A stretch of DNA of 57,479 bases, the filler included, from Sphacelaria rigidula (taxonomy: Eukaryota): the NCBI GenBank assembly GCA_964200075.2. It is 8 parts of 8 records of this genome, joined end to end, with 100 filler letters (N's around TTAATTAATTAA, not from the genome) between each part and the next. Parts side by side here need not be neighbours in the genome. Positions count along the whole stretch, not along the records: positions 1 to 7,098 come from CAXNAA020016495.1; positions 7,199 to 14,296 come from CAXNAA020016496.1; 6 more parts are not named here. One strand, given 5' to 3'. The stretch's first letter is position 1. Each line of letters starts with the position of its first letter. This document shows positions 1-10,869 of the stretch, one piece after another. The position numbers and the translations under genes are program-made. The notes below the pieces were generated by a model. It searched no databases, was not told where the DNA came from, and worked only from the letters and a program-made list of their open reading frames with translations.

Positions 1-1038
1 CTCTACTTCTCCAACTCCTCGCGACGTTAACACGCCCTGAACTGGTCTCGTTTGCTGCAAACTGATCAGGCCTGCAGACTTCCCTATCTTGAAATGTCAG
101 CTGCTTTTCAGCGAAACTACCGCCTCAGCGGACTGAATGAACGTTCATTATAGACCTCTGTCAGTCAAGATCAGATTGCCATGTGGACTCCTCCCATCAC
201 GGGCACATGGACTTCAGCAGCTTTAGTTATTTATGTATTAACCCTCAGCATAGTACAGGAAAACAGGACCATATAGCCTCTCTCCACCAGAGTAACAAAA
301 CCGGCTGTACTCGTCATGGAGATCACCATCACAGAGTCCGGCAATCAGACCCGCAAAGTCCCTGACCTTAGGTAACAATGGTGGCTAGGTCTACAGACCT
401 ACCTTACGGGCTCATTTGGGAGGCCGAGTTTTTCGGGGTAAATTGTAGTAGCCTGGAGTTCGAAGCAACAGCAGGGTTACGCCCTACCCCGTCAGCACCG
501 TGCATTCCGTTTTTGACTATTGATAGCCCCCGACGTGCCGCCCAGGATATACTCTCTGCCCTGGACCCGCTCAAGAATGCCCGTTCGCTAGTCACGCCTT
601 CCCCTGTGCCTTGTACGTTCCCCAGTTACAGCGACGTTGCCTGGGAAGACGGCGGCACGAGGGAGTGGAGCGTGAGGCTGGCCGTGCGTTCCGTCTCCAT
701 CGATGGGTTCATAAGTATGGCGGTGGAAACGGTGATTATGGGACCCCAACCGCAGGACAAGCAGCTACTTCTGATGCTACCCTTGGCTTAGTACGATCTA
801 GACGGTGAAGCGTTGGTAAGGATAGCCAAATGAGTGTTATGATGGATGCCAGGGTTTCTGGTTTACTGCGAGTTGGTAAACAGAGGTAAAGATGGGGCCG
901 AAGTGAAAACCTCCGGGACAATCGCGCGCTTGATAGCCCTTAACGTGCGCGATTCTGCTCGCTTTCACTCCCTTTTCGACGACACGCCGTCAATAGTAGA
1001 CCAACCTACCTTGCCCGCACCCCCTTGGTGCTCCGAGA

Positions 1039-1551
1039 GTGACCAACTACACTCAGAACCCAGCCAGGTCCGGGTATCGGGTGCAAACATGGGACAACTT
1101 GGGGAAAGCAGAGAAGGCGGAACTTGTGCGCGTACTACGGGATTTCGTGAAAGCAGGATTGTTTCCCACGGACCCCAAGCGGGTGCCAGCCTGCATCAAT
1201 GGTGAGCTAGAATTGCCATTGATGGACGAATCTAGCACACCCTTCGCCGCGGAACGACGCCATTTCTCGCCGGACGAACGCCGAATGATCAGAGAAGAAA
1301 TTCATAAGCTTCTTGACCGCAACGTTGTCCGCCCCTCAACTTCCCCCTGGGCCGCGCAATGTCTTTGTGTCAAAAAGAAGAATGGTACCTTGCGCCTGTG
1401 CATCGACTGGCGCGCTCTGAACAAGCGTTTAGTGTCTACTAGCGGTGGGCTGGGTGATATGCAGTCTGTATTTGATGGTCTCAAAAGCAAGAGATACTTC
1501 ACGCAACTAGATCTCGCCTCAGGATTTCACCAAATTGAGATCGCTGAGAAG
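1039..1551 (+). pseudogene. Gypsy reverse transcriptase N-terminal fragment
   Basis: ORF 1039-1605 carries IREEIHKLLDRNVVRPSTSPWAA, LRLCIDWRALN and LDLASGFHQI. Similarity stops abruptly after QIEIAEK (~1551) and no YxDD is seen, implying an internal deletion. Confidence 0.9.
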
Positions 1552-1707
1552 GTCTGGATGCCTTCGTGGAGCAGCGCAGATAAGACCTCAAAGAGGTACG
1601 TCTAGCTCTAGAGAAGAGGCACACCGCGAAGGAATCAACTCGTGCGAAAATAACCGTCTCTTTCATGAGACCCTCACCCGGAGTGTGCTAGAGAAGGAGA
1701 TCTGGTC

Positions 1708-2421
1708 ATGGTACACGAATCAGACAGCACGATACACCGGGACGGTAAGGGTAGGCAACTACAACACGAAAGGTATACAGGGCCCTGGAGAGTGAAAGAA
1801 GTACTGATGACGGGCCTCAGTGTAGAAGTAGTCATGCAAGGTCATAGACGTTATACACGTAGGTTAGCCGTCTCGGAGATGAAACCCCGTCATGTTCGTC
1901 CACCACACCTTAGGCACTCAATAGCTGACGGGTTTGCTCAACACGTGTGGGGTACAGATTGGAAGGCCAACACCACTCCTCCTCATAATCACGAATTCGT
2001 CACCTTGGTGGATCGTCGTGAGATCTACTCCATGACAGGCACGAAGCAGTGGGAATATGAGGCGAGATCTTCGAGGTGGGAGGTATCAGACTGGTTGCCC
2101 GAGAGCCAGCTTCGAGACAGTTTTTCTCCTTTGGAACTGGACGCTTTCCACGCACTCTGGCACCTATACCACCCCGCAGTTGCACCCAATCCGCCCTCGC
2201 ACTCGAAGAAGCGCCCCGCTCCTCTGACAAGCAGTGACGCCTTGAAGGTATTTCCCATAGGTGTTACCTTCTGGAAAGACTTTGGAGGTGTTAAGGTCAA
2301 AGGTTAGGTATATGACTACGAGAGCCGCTTTTGGCGAGTACCATGCGAAGGCGGAGACTGGGAGGAGCTATCCCGCCCGGAACTAGAGCGCTTAACGCGG
2401 GAAAAGGGACACCGACGGTAG
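1708..2421 (+). pseudogene. Gypsy integrase C-terminus with chromo-like and Tudor-like domains
   Basis: GPW motif (RYTGPWRVKEV) and chromo-like TLVDRRE...WEYEAR...SDWLPESQL. Reading through TAG at 2305-2307 gives FWKDFGGVKVKG*VYDYESRFWRVPCEGGDWEELSRPELERL, ending at TAG 2419-2421. Confidence 0.7.
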
Positions 2422-2529
2422 ACTGCAGCGAAAAGGGACACCGACTTTGGACTGCAGCGGGGACGTTAAGGAGTGGTCGTTGTTTGGGATGGTACAGGAT
2501 ATCACTGCACGGGGAAGGTGCTTGTAAAA

Positions 2530-3125
2530 TAAACGAAACAAAAACTGCCACTGTCAGTGTGCCAGTCGACCATACACTCACCCGTAGCCATTGCACTACG
2601 CGTGGGCTGTGATAGATTGCAACGTTCTGGTGATATTCCGGTAGCCGATATGATGCTAGGATATAGCGAGTTGTAGTCCAGGTAGATGACATTGCTAGCA
2701 ATCATGGGCCTATCGAACAACAGTTGACCGCCTGCTATGTTGTCGATGTAGCTCGATGTAGGCACCCATGCGATGTCCCTGCCGGTGAACCGGAAAGCTC
2801 CACTAGCGAGTGCACATGATCCGATGATGCCCGTGTTATATAAGGCAACCTCCACGAACGGACATCTAGCCTCTATACACGTCGACAGTATACTCTCGAC
2901 GATGCGTCTCTTCTGACACAGTTCGAGAACTATCTCACAATCTCGCACATTGTACCTCAACAGCTGACTGTAGCTCTCGGCTGTCACATTGTAGTCAAAG
3001 CTCGATCTATCTGCCTTACCTGCCATACCCTCTGCCGTTGCTAGAGCCTCGAGTGAGAACGATGTGAACTGGGCCTGCATAGTTGAACTATACCATACGA
3101 GCGTATCTACATTGTTAACCCCCGG
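2530..3125 (-). pseudogene. Family B DNA polymerase fragment (late exonuclease domain to motif A), virus-like or Pol II-like
   Basis: Uninterrupted intronless frame PGVNNVDTLVWYSSTMQAQFTSFSLEALA...YNVRDCEIVLEL (ExoIII YxxxD)...IAGGQLL...VIYLDYNSLYPSIISATGISPE (motif A DxxSLYPS). Confidence 0.9.
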
Positions 3126-3128
3126 TAG

Positions 3129-3275
3129 AGGACCATATCGTTTGGTAAGCCACAGGAAGCCGTCGCGTCCATGGTCTGCACCAGCATGATGTACAGGAGG
3201 GAGCTAGCTAAACAGAACGGAGATGTAGATCTCGCCTGGTCGATGAAGATAGTCGCCAACAGTGTAAACGATACA
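3129..3275 (+). pseudogene. Family B DNA polymerase fragment (fingers/motif B), opposite orientation to the preceding piece
   Basis: RTISFGKPQEAVASMVCTSMMYRRELAKQNGDVDLAWSMKIVANSV matches the R...K...KxxxNS fingers motif. The YG of NSxYG reads ND here. Confidence 0.75.
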
Positions 3276-3470
3276 TTGCTAGTACCATACTTTTCAGTCA
3301 TGAATTGCGAGTGTCCTGTTTTTGCGACTTGCGAGTGTTCCTGTTTCTTTTGCTCATTCTTTCAGGGTGTTTTGCTGGTACCATACTATTCAGTCATGAA
3401 TTGCGAGTGTCCTGTTTCTGTGTCTTGCGAGTGTTCCTGTTTCTTTTGCTCTTTCTATTCGGGTGTTTTG
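3276..3470 (+). repeat. 96-bp tandem duplication
   Basis: TTGCT(A/G)GTACCATACT(T/A)TTCAGTCATGAATTGCGAGTGTCCTGTTT... starts at 3276 and again at 3372. Confidence 0.9.
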
Positions 3471-4445
3471 GCCTTGTCTGGTTCCCATTTGTGGCATACA
3501 AGTACGTGTATACCTCTCTTCTCATTTTTATCGTTTTGATCATAGTTGTTTCCCATTTTCGTAACATACGAATACATGTGTGAGCCAAGGCGCGTGGGCT
3601 CTATTCCCAGCAGCATAGACGCCAGTAGCTACAGAAGAGCACCCCTCAAAAGCTGCACTCCTGTCCCTATTGATGAGTTCGTGGAAAGGTAGGTATTAGC
3701 AAATCCAACCAACGTTGGATGTGGTTCAAGCCCCGCACTACCCCGGAATCCAGTGTAAGTTATCCGGGGTATCGACGCGCGATTAATCTAACTAGCCAAT
3801 CATTCTCCAGTCTAACTGGGATCCAGGGAAGATGACAGTGACCGTACTTGTCTGCTGTTTCTGTCGTTGGAAATGGCGCCATGGTTTTTTCCTTTCCTAA
3901 CGGATAGGGTTTTCTCCTGCCCAACAAGGTTTACCTATCCATTAGATACTGAGTTTTCCCCTGCACTGTTGATTTGCATGCTTTTCTCGCTTCATTACTC
4001 AGGGGTCGATCCATAGGCTTCGTTTTTCCGGCCCTTCCAGCCCTCAACATACTTTTTGTTTAGCCTTATATATAAGGCTGGGGGGACGTTCCGAATTTAT
4101 TCGTTATTTTCCAGTCGAGTAGATCCCATGTGTCATTCTTTTTCTATGTTTACAGTAGTTCGAAAGGTCATGTGCCATTTTATAGTCTGCGTGATTTCTG
4201 GTCAAGATATGACCCCCGGGCTTTCAGAGTCTCTTGGGAGGTACAAGTACAACAGCCATACATGAGGATAGATTTTCGTAGTGAAATGTGGAAATCAATC
4301 AATCAGAGGCCCTTCAGTGAGGAATCGGCTGAGTCTAGGGCCGATGAAATGCGACGTTCGTAGTGAATTATGTAGTGAAANNNNNNNNNNAGTGGGTCAT
4401 TGCGATGCTCGTGTATCGGTATAATCCAATCTTAGTATGGCCAGT

Positions 4446-5052
4446 TTCGTCTTTCCGTGACCGTGAGCGCTGGCGCCGATGCCAGCGGCAGCAGCCGCCG
4501 TGCTGACGGGTGCAAGCAGTATAGTACCCTGGCGGTGCAGTATATCCGCACTGGGCTGTGCGTTGCTCCTTTGATCGGAACACGGGATCTGGTCGAAGCC
4601 GGTCGAGCGGTGTATACCGGCGCTGGTTGTGTGTCACCCAGCCATGTTCGGCATCGCGCAAGTGATGGGTCCGGGTCAGATGAACTTTTCAACAGACAGT
4701 CCAGTCAAGTGTGTATACCGCACTGGTCCCGACTGATGCTATATTTTACAGAGAGATGAACCATACAGTACCTCAAGCATTCTCAGCGGAGACCAAACTG
4801 TGTTCGCAAGGTCTATACACACCATCGAACAGTGATAGCTACAGCACATGTGAGACCGGACGTGAGAGTGTTTGTGCTGCAGTGCAGTGAAACAGGAGAT
4901 GTACCATGTTTTTGTGTTAATTCTTCGGTTGATTTTGAGCTGAGTCCTCAGTGTTCGCCGGGTGTCGATCTTGAACGCTCGAACATAACGGCGCTTGGCG
5001 CAAATAATTGCATTCATTACAAAATCATCCCCATGTATGGGTGCTGTGCCTC
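4446..5052 (-). repeat. ~600-bp repeat unit, inverted copy of 5865-6496
   Basis: Colinear reverse-complement similarity, e.g. GTACCCTGGCGGTGCAGTATATCCGCAC vs GTGCGGATATACTGCACCGCCAGGGTAC. Confidence 0.85.
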
Positions 5053-5079
5053 TTGGGAACTGATGTCAAGCCACTTTAG

Positions 5080-5620
5080 CAGCTACTAGCCTTTTCGCCG
5101 TAATACAAGCAGCATCTATGCCACCTCCGGACTGCGATATCAGAAGTGTCTCTGGTCTTCTTTTGATGTAAGCCTGATCTCCCTACAAAGGATACGGTTC
5201 TAACATCCTTGCTGGCCGAGTGCATTGCCAACCGACTGTATGAACATCTGTTGACTCCAAGACCTGTAAGTCCAACTCGAGCGAATCGATACCCTTGGAG
5301 TCCGCTGAGCACGACTGCGCGGGTGCCCACCTGACCAAGACATTTTACCCCTAGACGGTGACCATCGATTCGTGACATGGTGACCAATCCGAGAACCGAA
5401 CTCTGGTTTCCACAGCTTCACGGTTGGGGGGAAGACAAGGGCAGGCCGACCAGCAAGGCGCCTATAATACTGTATCACGGACTACTGCTCGTACTTCGGA
5501 ATAAATGCGACATCGTGGCAGCAGGTTGTTGCCCAAGATGTGTCCGAACGGTCCCGAGCTGTAGAGGACGGGGCTAACATGTATATGGCAGTCTGGACGA
5601 AAGCACGCCACGCTAAGGGA
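5080..5620 (+). mobile_element. Degenerate 3' end of an RTE-like non-LTR retrotransposon
   Basis: Frameshifted PRTELWFPQLHGWGEDKGRP / CITDYCSYFGINATSWQQVVAQDVSERSRAVEDGANMYMAVW resembles the RTE ORF C-terminus (GRP...FGI...W...AQD...VEEG). Confidence 0.6.
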
Positions 5621-5864
5621 CTTTTTGCTGTGCTACTACTAGAGCTCCCCCAGTGCTTACCGAGGACCTCCAAAAAGTAACCAGTAGTCCATCGGGTGGC
5701 ACAGTCACTAGTACATCTACGGTCTTTCCGAACAGCTGTGGTGGTGGTCTATGAGGGTGCGTGGGGTTGTTTATACGCACGTGGCCACTGGGGTGCCTGG
5801 AGGGTGACATTCTGGACCCTCCAGACCCTCCACAAGGTAGGTTGTCGTGGAGGGTCAGAAAGTT

Positions 5865-6496
5865 GCAGCATGACGGCTGCTGCCGTTGGCATCGGCGCCA
5901 GCGCTCGCGGCCACGGAAAGACAAGGCACAGGAGCCATACATGCGGATAGTTTTGTAGCAGATAAAGTTATTTGCGCGAAGGGCAATTATGTCCGAGCGC
6001 TCAAGATCAGCACCCTGCAAACACTGAGTGCTCGTTCGAAATCAGCTGAAGGTCTAAAACATGGGACATGTCTTGGCTCACTGTACTGCAGCACAAACAC
6101 ACTCACTCCCACTCTCATGTGCTATAGCTATCACTGTTCTGGGGTGTGTTCAGACCTTGCGAAGACGGTTTGGTCTCTGCTGAGATTGCTTGATGTGCTG
6201 TATTGCTGTGTTCGTCTCTCTGTAACCAAGCTGTAACATATGGTATCAGTCAGGACGCAGTGCTATCTACACACTTGACTGTTGAAAATTCCAAATTTCA
6301 TGTTATCCGGACCCATCACTTGTGCCATACCGAGCACTGCCGGGTGAAGGCACGCAACCAGCACCAGTATACACCGCTCGACCAGCGGGGCCAAACCCCA
6401 TGCTCTAATGAAAGGAGCGACGCACAGCACTGTGCGGATATACTGCACCGCCAGGGTACTGCTTGCCCCCGTCAGCATGACGGCTGCTGCCGTTGA
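5865..6496 (+). repeat. ~610-bp satellite-like monomer
   Basis: Starts and ends with GCATGACGGCTGCTGCCGTTG, i.e. slightly more than one tandem unit. It is an inverted copy of 4446-5052. Confidence 0.8.
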
Positions 6497-6844
6497 CAAG
6501 AGAAGCTGATGCATACTGTATACAGTCCGTCTTCAGGTTCCAGAAAAACAAAACACTGCAGAACTGCCATGTTGTCTCGTGTTCTGTGTAGTACTCTGCA
6601 CTCTATACACCACTGCACATTTATCTCGTTTTCAGTGTACTACATTGTACTCTATATAATGGCATCATGGTTCGAGCAGTTCGTCGAAAAGTTCTCCTTG
6701 TTTTTTCAAAAGTTCTCCTTGTTTTTTCAAAAGTTCTCCTCGTTTTTTTTCAAGTATTCCTAAAAAAACGAGAGTGTTTCCTGTCACCGAAATCTAATGC
6801 CGAATCTGGAATAGCCTGACACAACAACCAATTTGAAAATTGGA

Positions 6845-7028
6845 ATAATAATAATAGTCATAATGACCATGATCACAATAATCATCGTCCTCATCATCAT
6901 AATCATAATCATCATCATAATCATGATAATCATAATAATCATAATAATCATAATCATCATAATCATCATAATCATAATAATCATAATCATAATCATAACA
7001 ACAACAACAACAACAACACAACAACAAA
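6845..7028. repeat. Compound (ATC/ATA)n and (ACA)n microsatellite
   Basis: Directly visible trinucleotide repeats. Confidence 0.95.
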
Positions 7029-7098
7029 CAGCCGATCCTATTCTTTGGGGTTGAAACATAATATGAGGTTGAAGTCCCATCCCTCCATTGCAGGGAAG

Positions 7099-7198
7099 NN
7101 NNNNNNNNNNNNNNNNNNNNNNNNNNNNNNNNNNNNNNNNNNTTAATTAATTAANNNNNNNNNNNNNNNNNNNNNNNNNNNNNNNNNNNNNNNNNNNN
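7099..7198. other. Artificial scaffold linker N44-TTAATTAATTAA-N44 (also at 14297-14396, 21495-21594, 28692-28791, 35889-35988, 43086-43185, 50283-50382)
   Basis: Identical 100-bp spacer with stops in all six frames, recurring every 7197-7198 bp. Confidence 0.98.
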
Positions 7199-7237
<39 letters not shown>

Positions 7238-7272
7238 CATAATCGTAAACATTTGTTCGACCCGGCGAGCAG

Positions 7273-7437
7273 GCGACGGACTGGTGGCCGCACGACACTT
7301 GTGGCACTTCGGCTACCGACCAACGTGCCTGTACCCCAAGCCGACGAACAAGCAGCTGTTCACCAACCTCGTGGAGCAGTGCAAACAGCTCGGCGTAGAT
7401 TTTCTGCCCTCGTGGCCCGGAGGGGAAGCACTACCAG
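7273..7437 (+). CDS. NAXE: NAD(P)H-hydrate epimerase (YjeF_N), internal exon; upstream exons off scaffold
   Basis: (G)DGLVAARHLWHFGYRPTCLYPKPTNKQLFTNLVEQCKQLGVDFL continues the GNNGGDG motif. CAG acceptor at 7270-7272, GT donor at 7438. Confidence 0.9.
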
Positions 7438-7514
7438 GTACGCGCGCGAAATATGGTAAGAGGGTGATGAGGAACGGGGTGTTACTGCCGTTTCCATTTG
7501 TACTGCAGTTTTCG

Positions 7515-7573
<59 letters not shown>

Positions 7574-7589
7574 GATGTTGATGTTGTTG
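7515..7589. repeat. (TTG)n microsatellite, intronic
   Basis: Directly visible. Confidence 0.95.
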
Positions 7590-9659
7590 CTGTCTTGATA
7601 TTAAAAAGGGTTCCGATATCTGCGCAGTGCTCTGTACTGGGCATCTGATGCGGATGACTTCCGTGGTCACATGCTATCTACCCCGAAACAGGGTTGAAAA
7701 CAAATCGAACACGGAAACATTCACACAGACGCGATACAACTCCCCTCCCCCGAATAATAAAAAAAATCATAAAAAAGAAGACGAAGGAAAACAAATACTG
7801 CTAGCCTCCTGAGTTCCGATGCCGTATGCGATCATTCGGGATACTAGGGGCAGGGCCCATTGGTCCACTGAACACGCGAAGCCAAACAGGAAGGGAGCCA
7901 ATCTCAGGGACCAAGGTCACCGACCATAGCGATAAGAATTGCAGGGTTCTATCCTTGTACTCCTAGAGGGATAGCCATGTGTACGAATTTACTAGGCATA
8001 ACAGGAAAAGCAGTGCAAACAGTTTTCGGCTGCAGACGCTCAACGGAGTACGTAGTACTCCAAAGGGTTCACCCGTCGTGTGGTAGAGGTTTGGTGGAAG
8101 CCGAGTACGAAACATTCTGGGTGGACCAAAGGCTTGTCTTGATACATGCAGAGATGTGTGTACGTATACTTGTAGCCATGAGACGATTCATGGCTGTGTT
8201 GCCAAACTACGCATGGTCTCCGGCGGTAACGGCAAGGGTGCTCTGGAAGTGCGATTCAGCAGAGCGCGGTGGTTCGGGATTGTGTGGTGAAGAATCGAAT
8301 CTCTGTAAATGCCCAAAGTTTGCGCACCCTTCCATTTCCCTCAGAGCGTCCCCGTATTTTTTCGGCGTAAAATCCTCAGCAATATTTACCTTTTGAGGGT
8401 ATTGCTTTTTCTGTTCCCAGGATTGTCGTGATTTGTCGTCACGTGTCATATTCTATGCATTACCCCTCGTGTTCGTGTGCTTGCTTGTTTTATCATGCGT
8501 ACGTGCTCTTCGCCACACGCTGCGGCGGGGCTTCTTACGTCATTTTGGGGCATTGGTTGATCGAGTAATCCGAGTTATGTGTTGCATCGCACGCCAAAAG
8601 TGATCCGCTACGCGTGAAGCCGTGGTTTGAGTAGCAGAAATAGATGTACATACCCCAGGTACGAGTGCATAATCGGATAGACATCGTTGGAGGAAACTCG
8701 AGAAAAAGTGCTGAACGTAAAGATGAACAAAAAAAGAGGAGAAGGAGACAAAGAACGGAAACAGAAAAAAAAAGGGAATAGAAGAACAAGGAACATAATA
8801 GACTAAGATCTGACTTTTAGTGCTGAGAAGATACCCGATAGCCAAAGGGTCCCGCCAGGACGGGAGATGAGGAGGCCGTACAAGAACCAAGGCTATGAAA
8901 GCAAGGTGTGACTCGGCTATTATATTTACAATTAGAATCCATTTTGTGGGAGCGAGACACGAAACGCTGATTCGGCTCCGAATTGAATGTAAAAGGGTGG
9001 GGTGGGGGGGGGCAGGAGACAGGAACGGAAATGTAGAAAAAGTGACGGGGGGGAGGGCGAAGAGCAGAAAATGAAGAAAGGGAAAAAAAGAAGACCCCGA
9101 GAGATAGATCAGAACATGAAGAGGACACACAGATGGCAGGAAATATAGCTGAAGTTGCAAGCGAAGGGAATGATTCGACAACCGTTGGGAAAAAAACAGG
9201 GGTATCAGCTTGTTGTGTGCAATCCCTGCCTGCCCCCCGTACCTCTGGCCAGGATCATGACTGGACAATCCCCTCGATCATCTCTATCTTGGATTCCTCG
9301 CGGGCTGTTGTTGCGGTTGTTTGTACCACCGGTGGCGACTCTCCCACGGTGGCTCTCAGCGCAGCAGCCTAGTGTTTTGCTACGGAGCTCTGCTTGGCGT
9401 AGATCTTCGCGGCGCCCCACCACCTCAACCCTCCCCCCCCTCCCTTCTCAACAGTGGTGGCCACAGACGGTGAAACAAGACGGGGATAAGATATGTAAAA
9501 GGTTTTTGTGTATCGTACGGAGGAGGCGTAATGAGTGCCGGAATGTTGAAGGTGGCTCTATTAGGAGTAGGAACGGTGCTCCGTCTCGAAAGGGATGCGT
9601 AGTCAATTGTCAAACGACGAAAGCAAGCAACAAATGAGTACGCGCTCAACACCTAAGCG

Positions 9660-10165
9660 TCATTTGCCGATGTTTCAGCGCAGGGACCCGGTATTGCGAC
9701 TCTTTGACATCCATAAACCACTTCCTTTGTTCTCCCTCACGTCATGTAGCCCCACAGGGCATGTAGGGCGGTCTGCCCAGTGTTTCAAAGGTCGATCAGG
9801 CAGCGTGGACCCTCGTGCGACTAGCCGTCCGAACGTGATACGCTCCGGTACACGAGATTCGTCCTGTCGGGCAAGGGCCCTCGCAAACCAAAGTTGTCTC
9901 GATACGATCGTAACTTTGTATGAAGGAGTCTTGTGTCCACTGCGATCCTTTCCACGGAAGCCAGCTACTCGCAGTAAAAGCTTGTGGCTGGCAGTGTGCA
10001 GCCTCTCGGCGTCCTTTGGGCGCAGCGTCCGTGTAGGACAGCAGATCCGTAGGGTATACTTGACACCACATCCGCTTTGAGCAGCCTGAGGTTTAGCGAT
10101 AGCTGAGTATTGGGGTGACCGTGGAGGCGCGAGATAGATTTCCGGAGGCGCATTCATGCAGCGCT
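9660..10165 (-). mobile_element. Degenerate 3' portion of an RTE-like LINE within the NAXE intron
   Basis: LNLRLLKADVVSSIPYG / LHTASHKLLLRVAGFR / ARQDESRVPERITFGRL...DRPLKHW resemble the RTE post-RT region. Frameshifted. Confidence 0.75.
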
Positions 10166-10401
10166 GATGCGGCGTGCGTGTCGATGGAACTGTTCTCGTC
10201 TACGTTCACGACACCACCAACGTGGACAAACTCGCCCATTTACCGCTGGCGTTTTCTAAACGTGAAAAGTCTTTTTCCAAAGAAAACAAAAAGAGGGGGC
10301 AACGTGCCGCTGTTGCTTTCGTGCTAAAGTGTTGCACAATGTCAAGCTCTGAAAAATTATTCTCCGAAACGCACGCCCATCCCCTCCCCTTCCCCCCCCA
10401 G

Positions 10402-10585
10402 CCTGATCCGGCGAGAACCCGGCGTGCTCCGTCCTGGCTTTGTAGGGGCGGACCCCGATGGGGGTGGCGCCGGTTGACGGTGACGCTATCAAACACGCCA
10501 CTCACTGCGGAAGCTAGGCAACCAGGTTGCCGGTGTTGTTTGCGCGCTTACGGTTTTTCTTGCGGTAACCATGATGTTAGTCGAG
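10402..10585 (+). repeat. Dispersed repeat, GGCGAGAACCCGGCGTGCTCCGTC head with long tail (second copy 21312-21494)
   Basis: Near-identical to 21312-21494 through ...GGTAACCATGATG(T/G)TAGTC. Confidence 0.85.
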
Positions 10586-10869
10586 CTAGATCATGTTGTG
10601 CGGCGTGGGAAAACCTCAACTCCGCACAATGGGGATGATCGTACTGCGTAGTGTTGAAATGGCGAGACACCACATCAGGCAGTAGAAGCCGTGGCTGTCT
10701 CTGGAAGTGGCGATACCACAAACTGAAGCAATTCATTGTAGGCTGTCATCCAAATACAAGATAACCAGTTGGCTTCGGGCCGAACAATCTTAGTAAGATG
10801 CAGCTCACCCACCCTTCATGTGACTCGCCGAACACACCACGGAGCTTCGCGCTTGGTGAATGAGTGCGA

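Larger units (their letters stand above)
1..3566 (+). mobile_element. Degenerate, internally deleted Ty3/gypsy LTR retrotransposon (3' part with putative 3' LTR)
   Basis: RT N-terminal motifs (SPWAAQCLCVKKKNGTLRLCIDWRALN; YFTQLDLASGFHQI) at ~1340-1550. Integrase C-terminal region (RYTGPWRVKEV) from ~1770. Purine-rich tract at ~2458-2478, then TGTT...AACA. The 5' boundary lies outside the scaffold. Confidence 0.8.
2481..3566 (+). repeat. Putative 3' LTR (TGTT...AACA), ~1086 bp
   Basis: Begins TGTTTGGGATGG just after the pol stop and a purine-rich tract, and ends TCCCATTTTCGTAACA. No second LTR is present in the window to confirm the boundaries. Confidence 0.45.

Noticed and set aside
2502-3080. 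Polinton/Maverick protein-primed PolB interpretation
   Set aside because: No TPR-type insertions or protein-primed motif style are evident, and there are no TIRs, capsid or ATPase genes. The motifs look like RNA-primed PolB.
6784-7670. Poly-I, D/Y-rich, poly-L, poly-T and poly-Q ORFs
   Set aside because: Translations of microsatellites.
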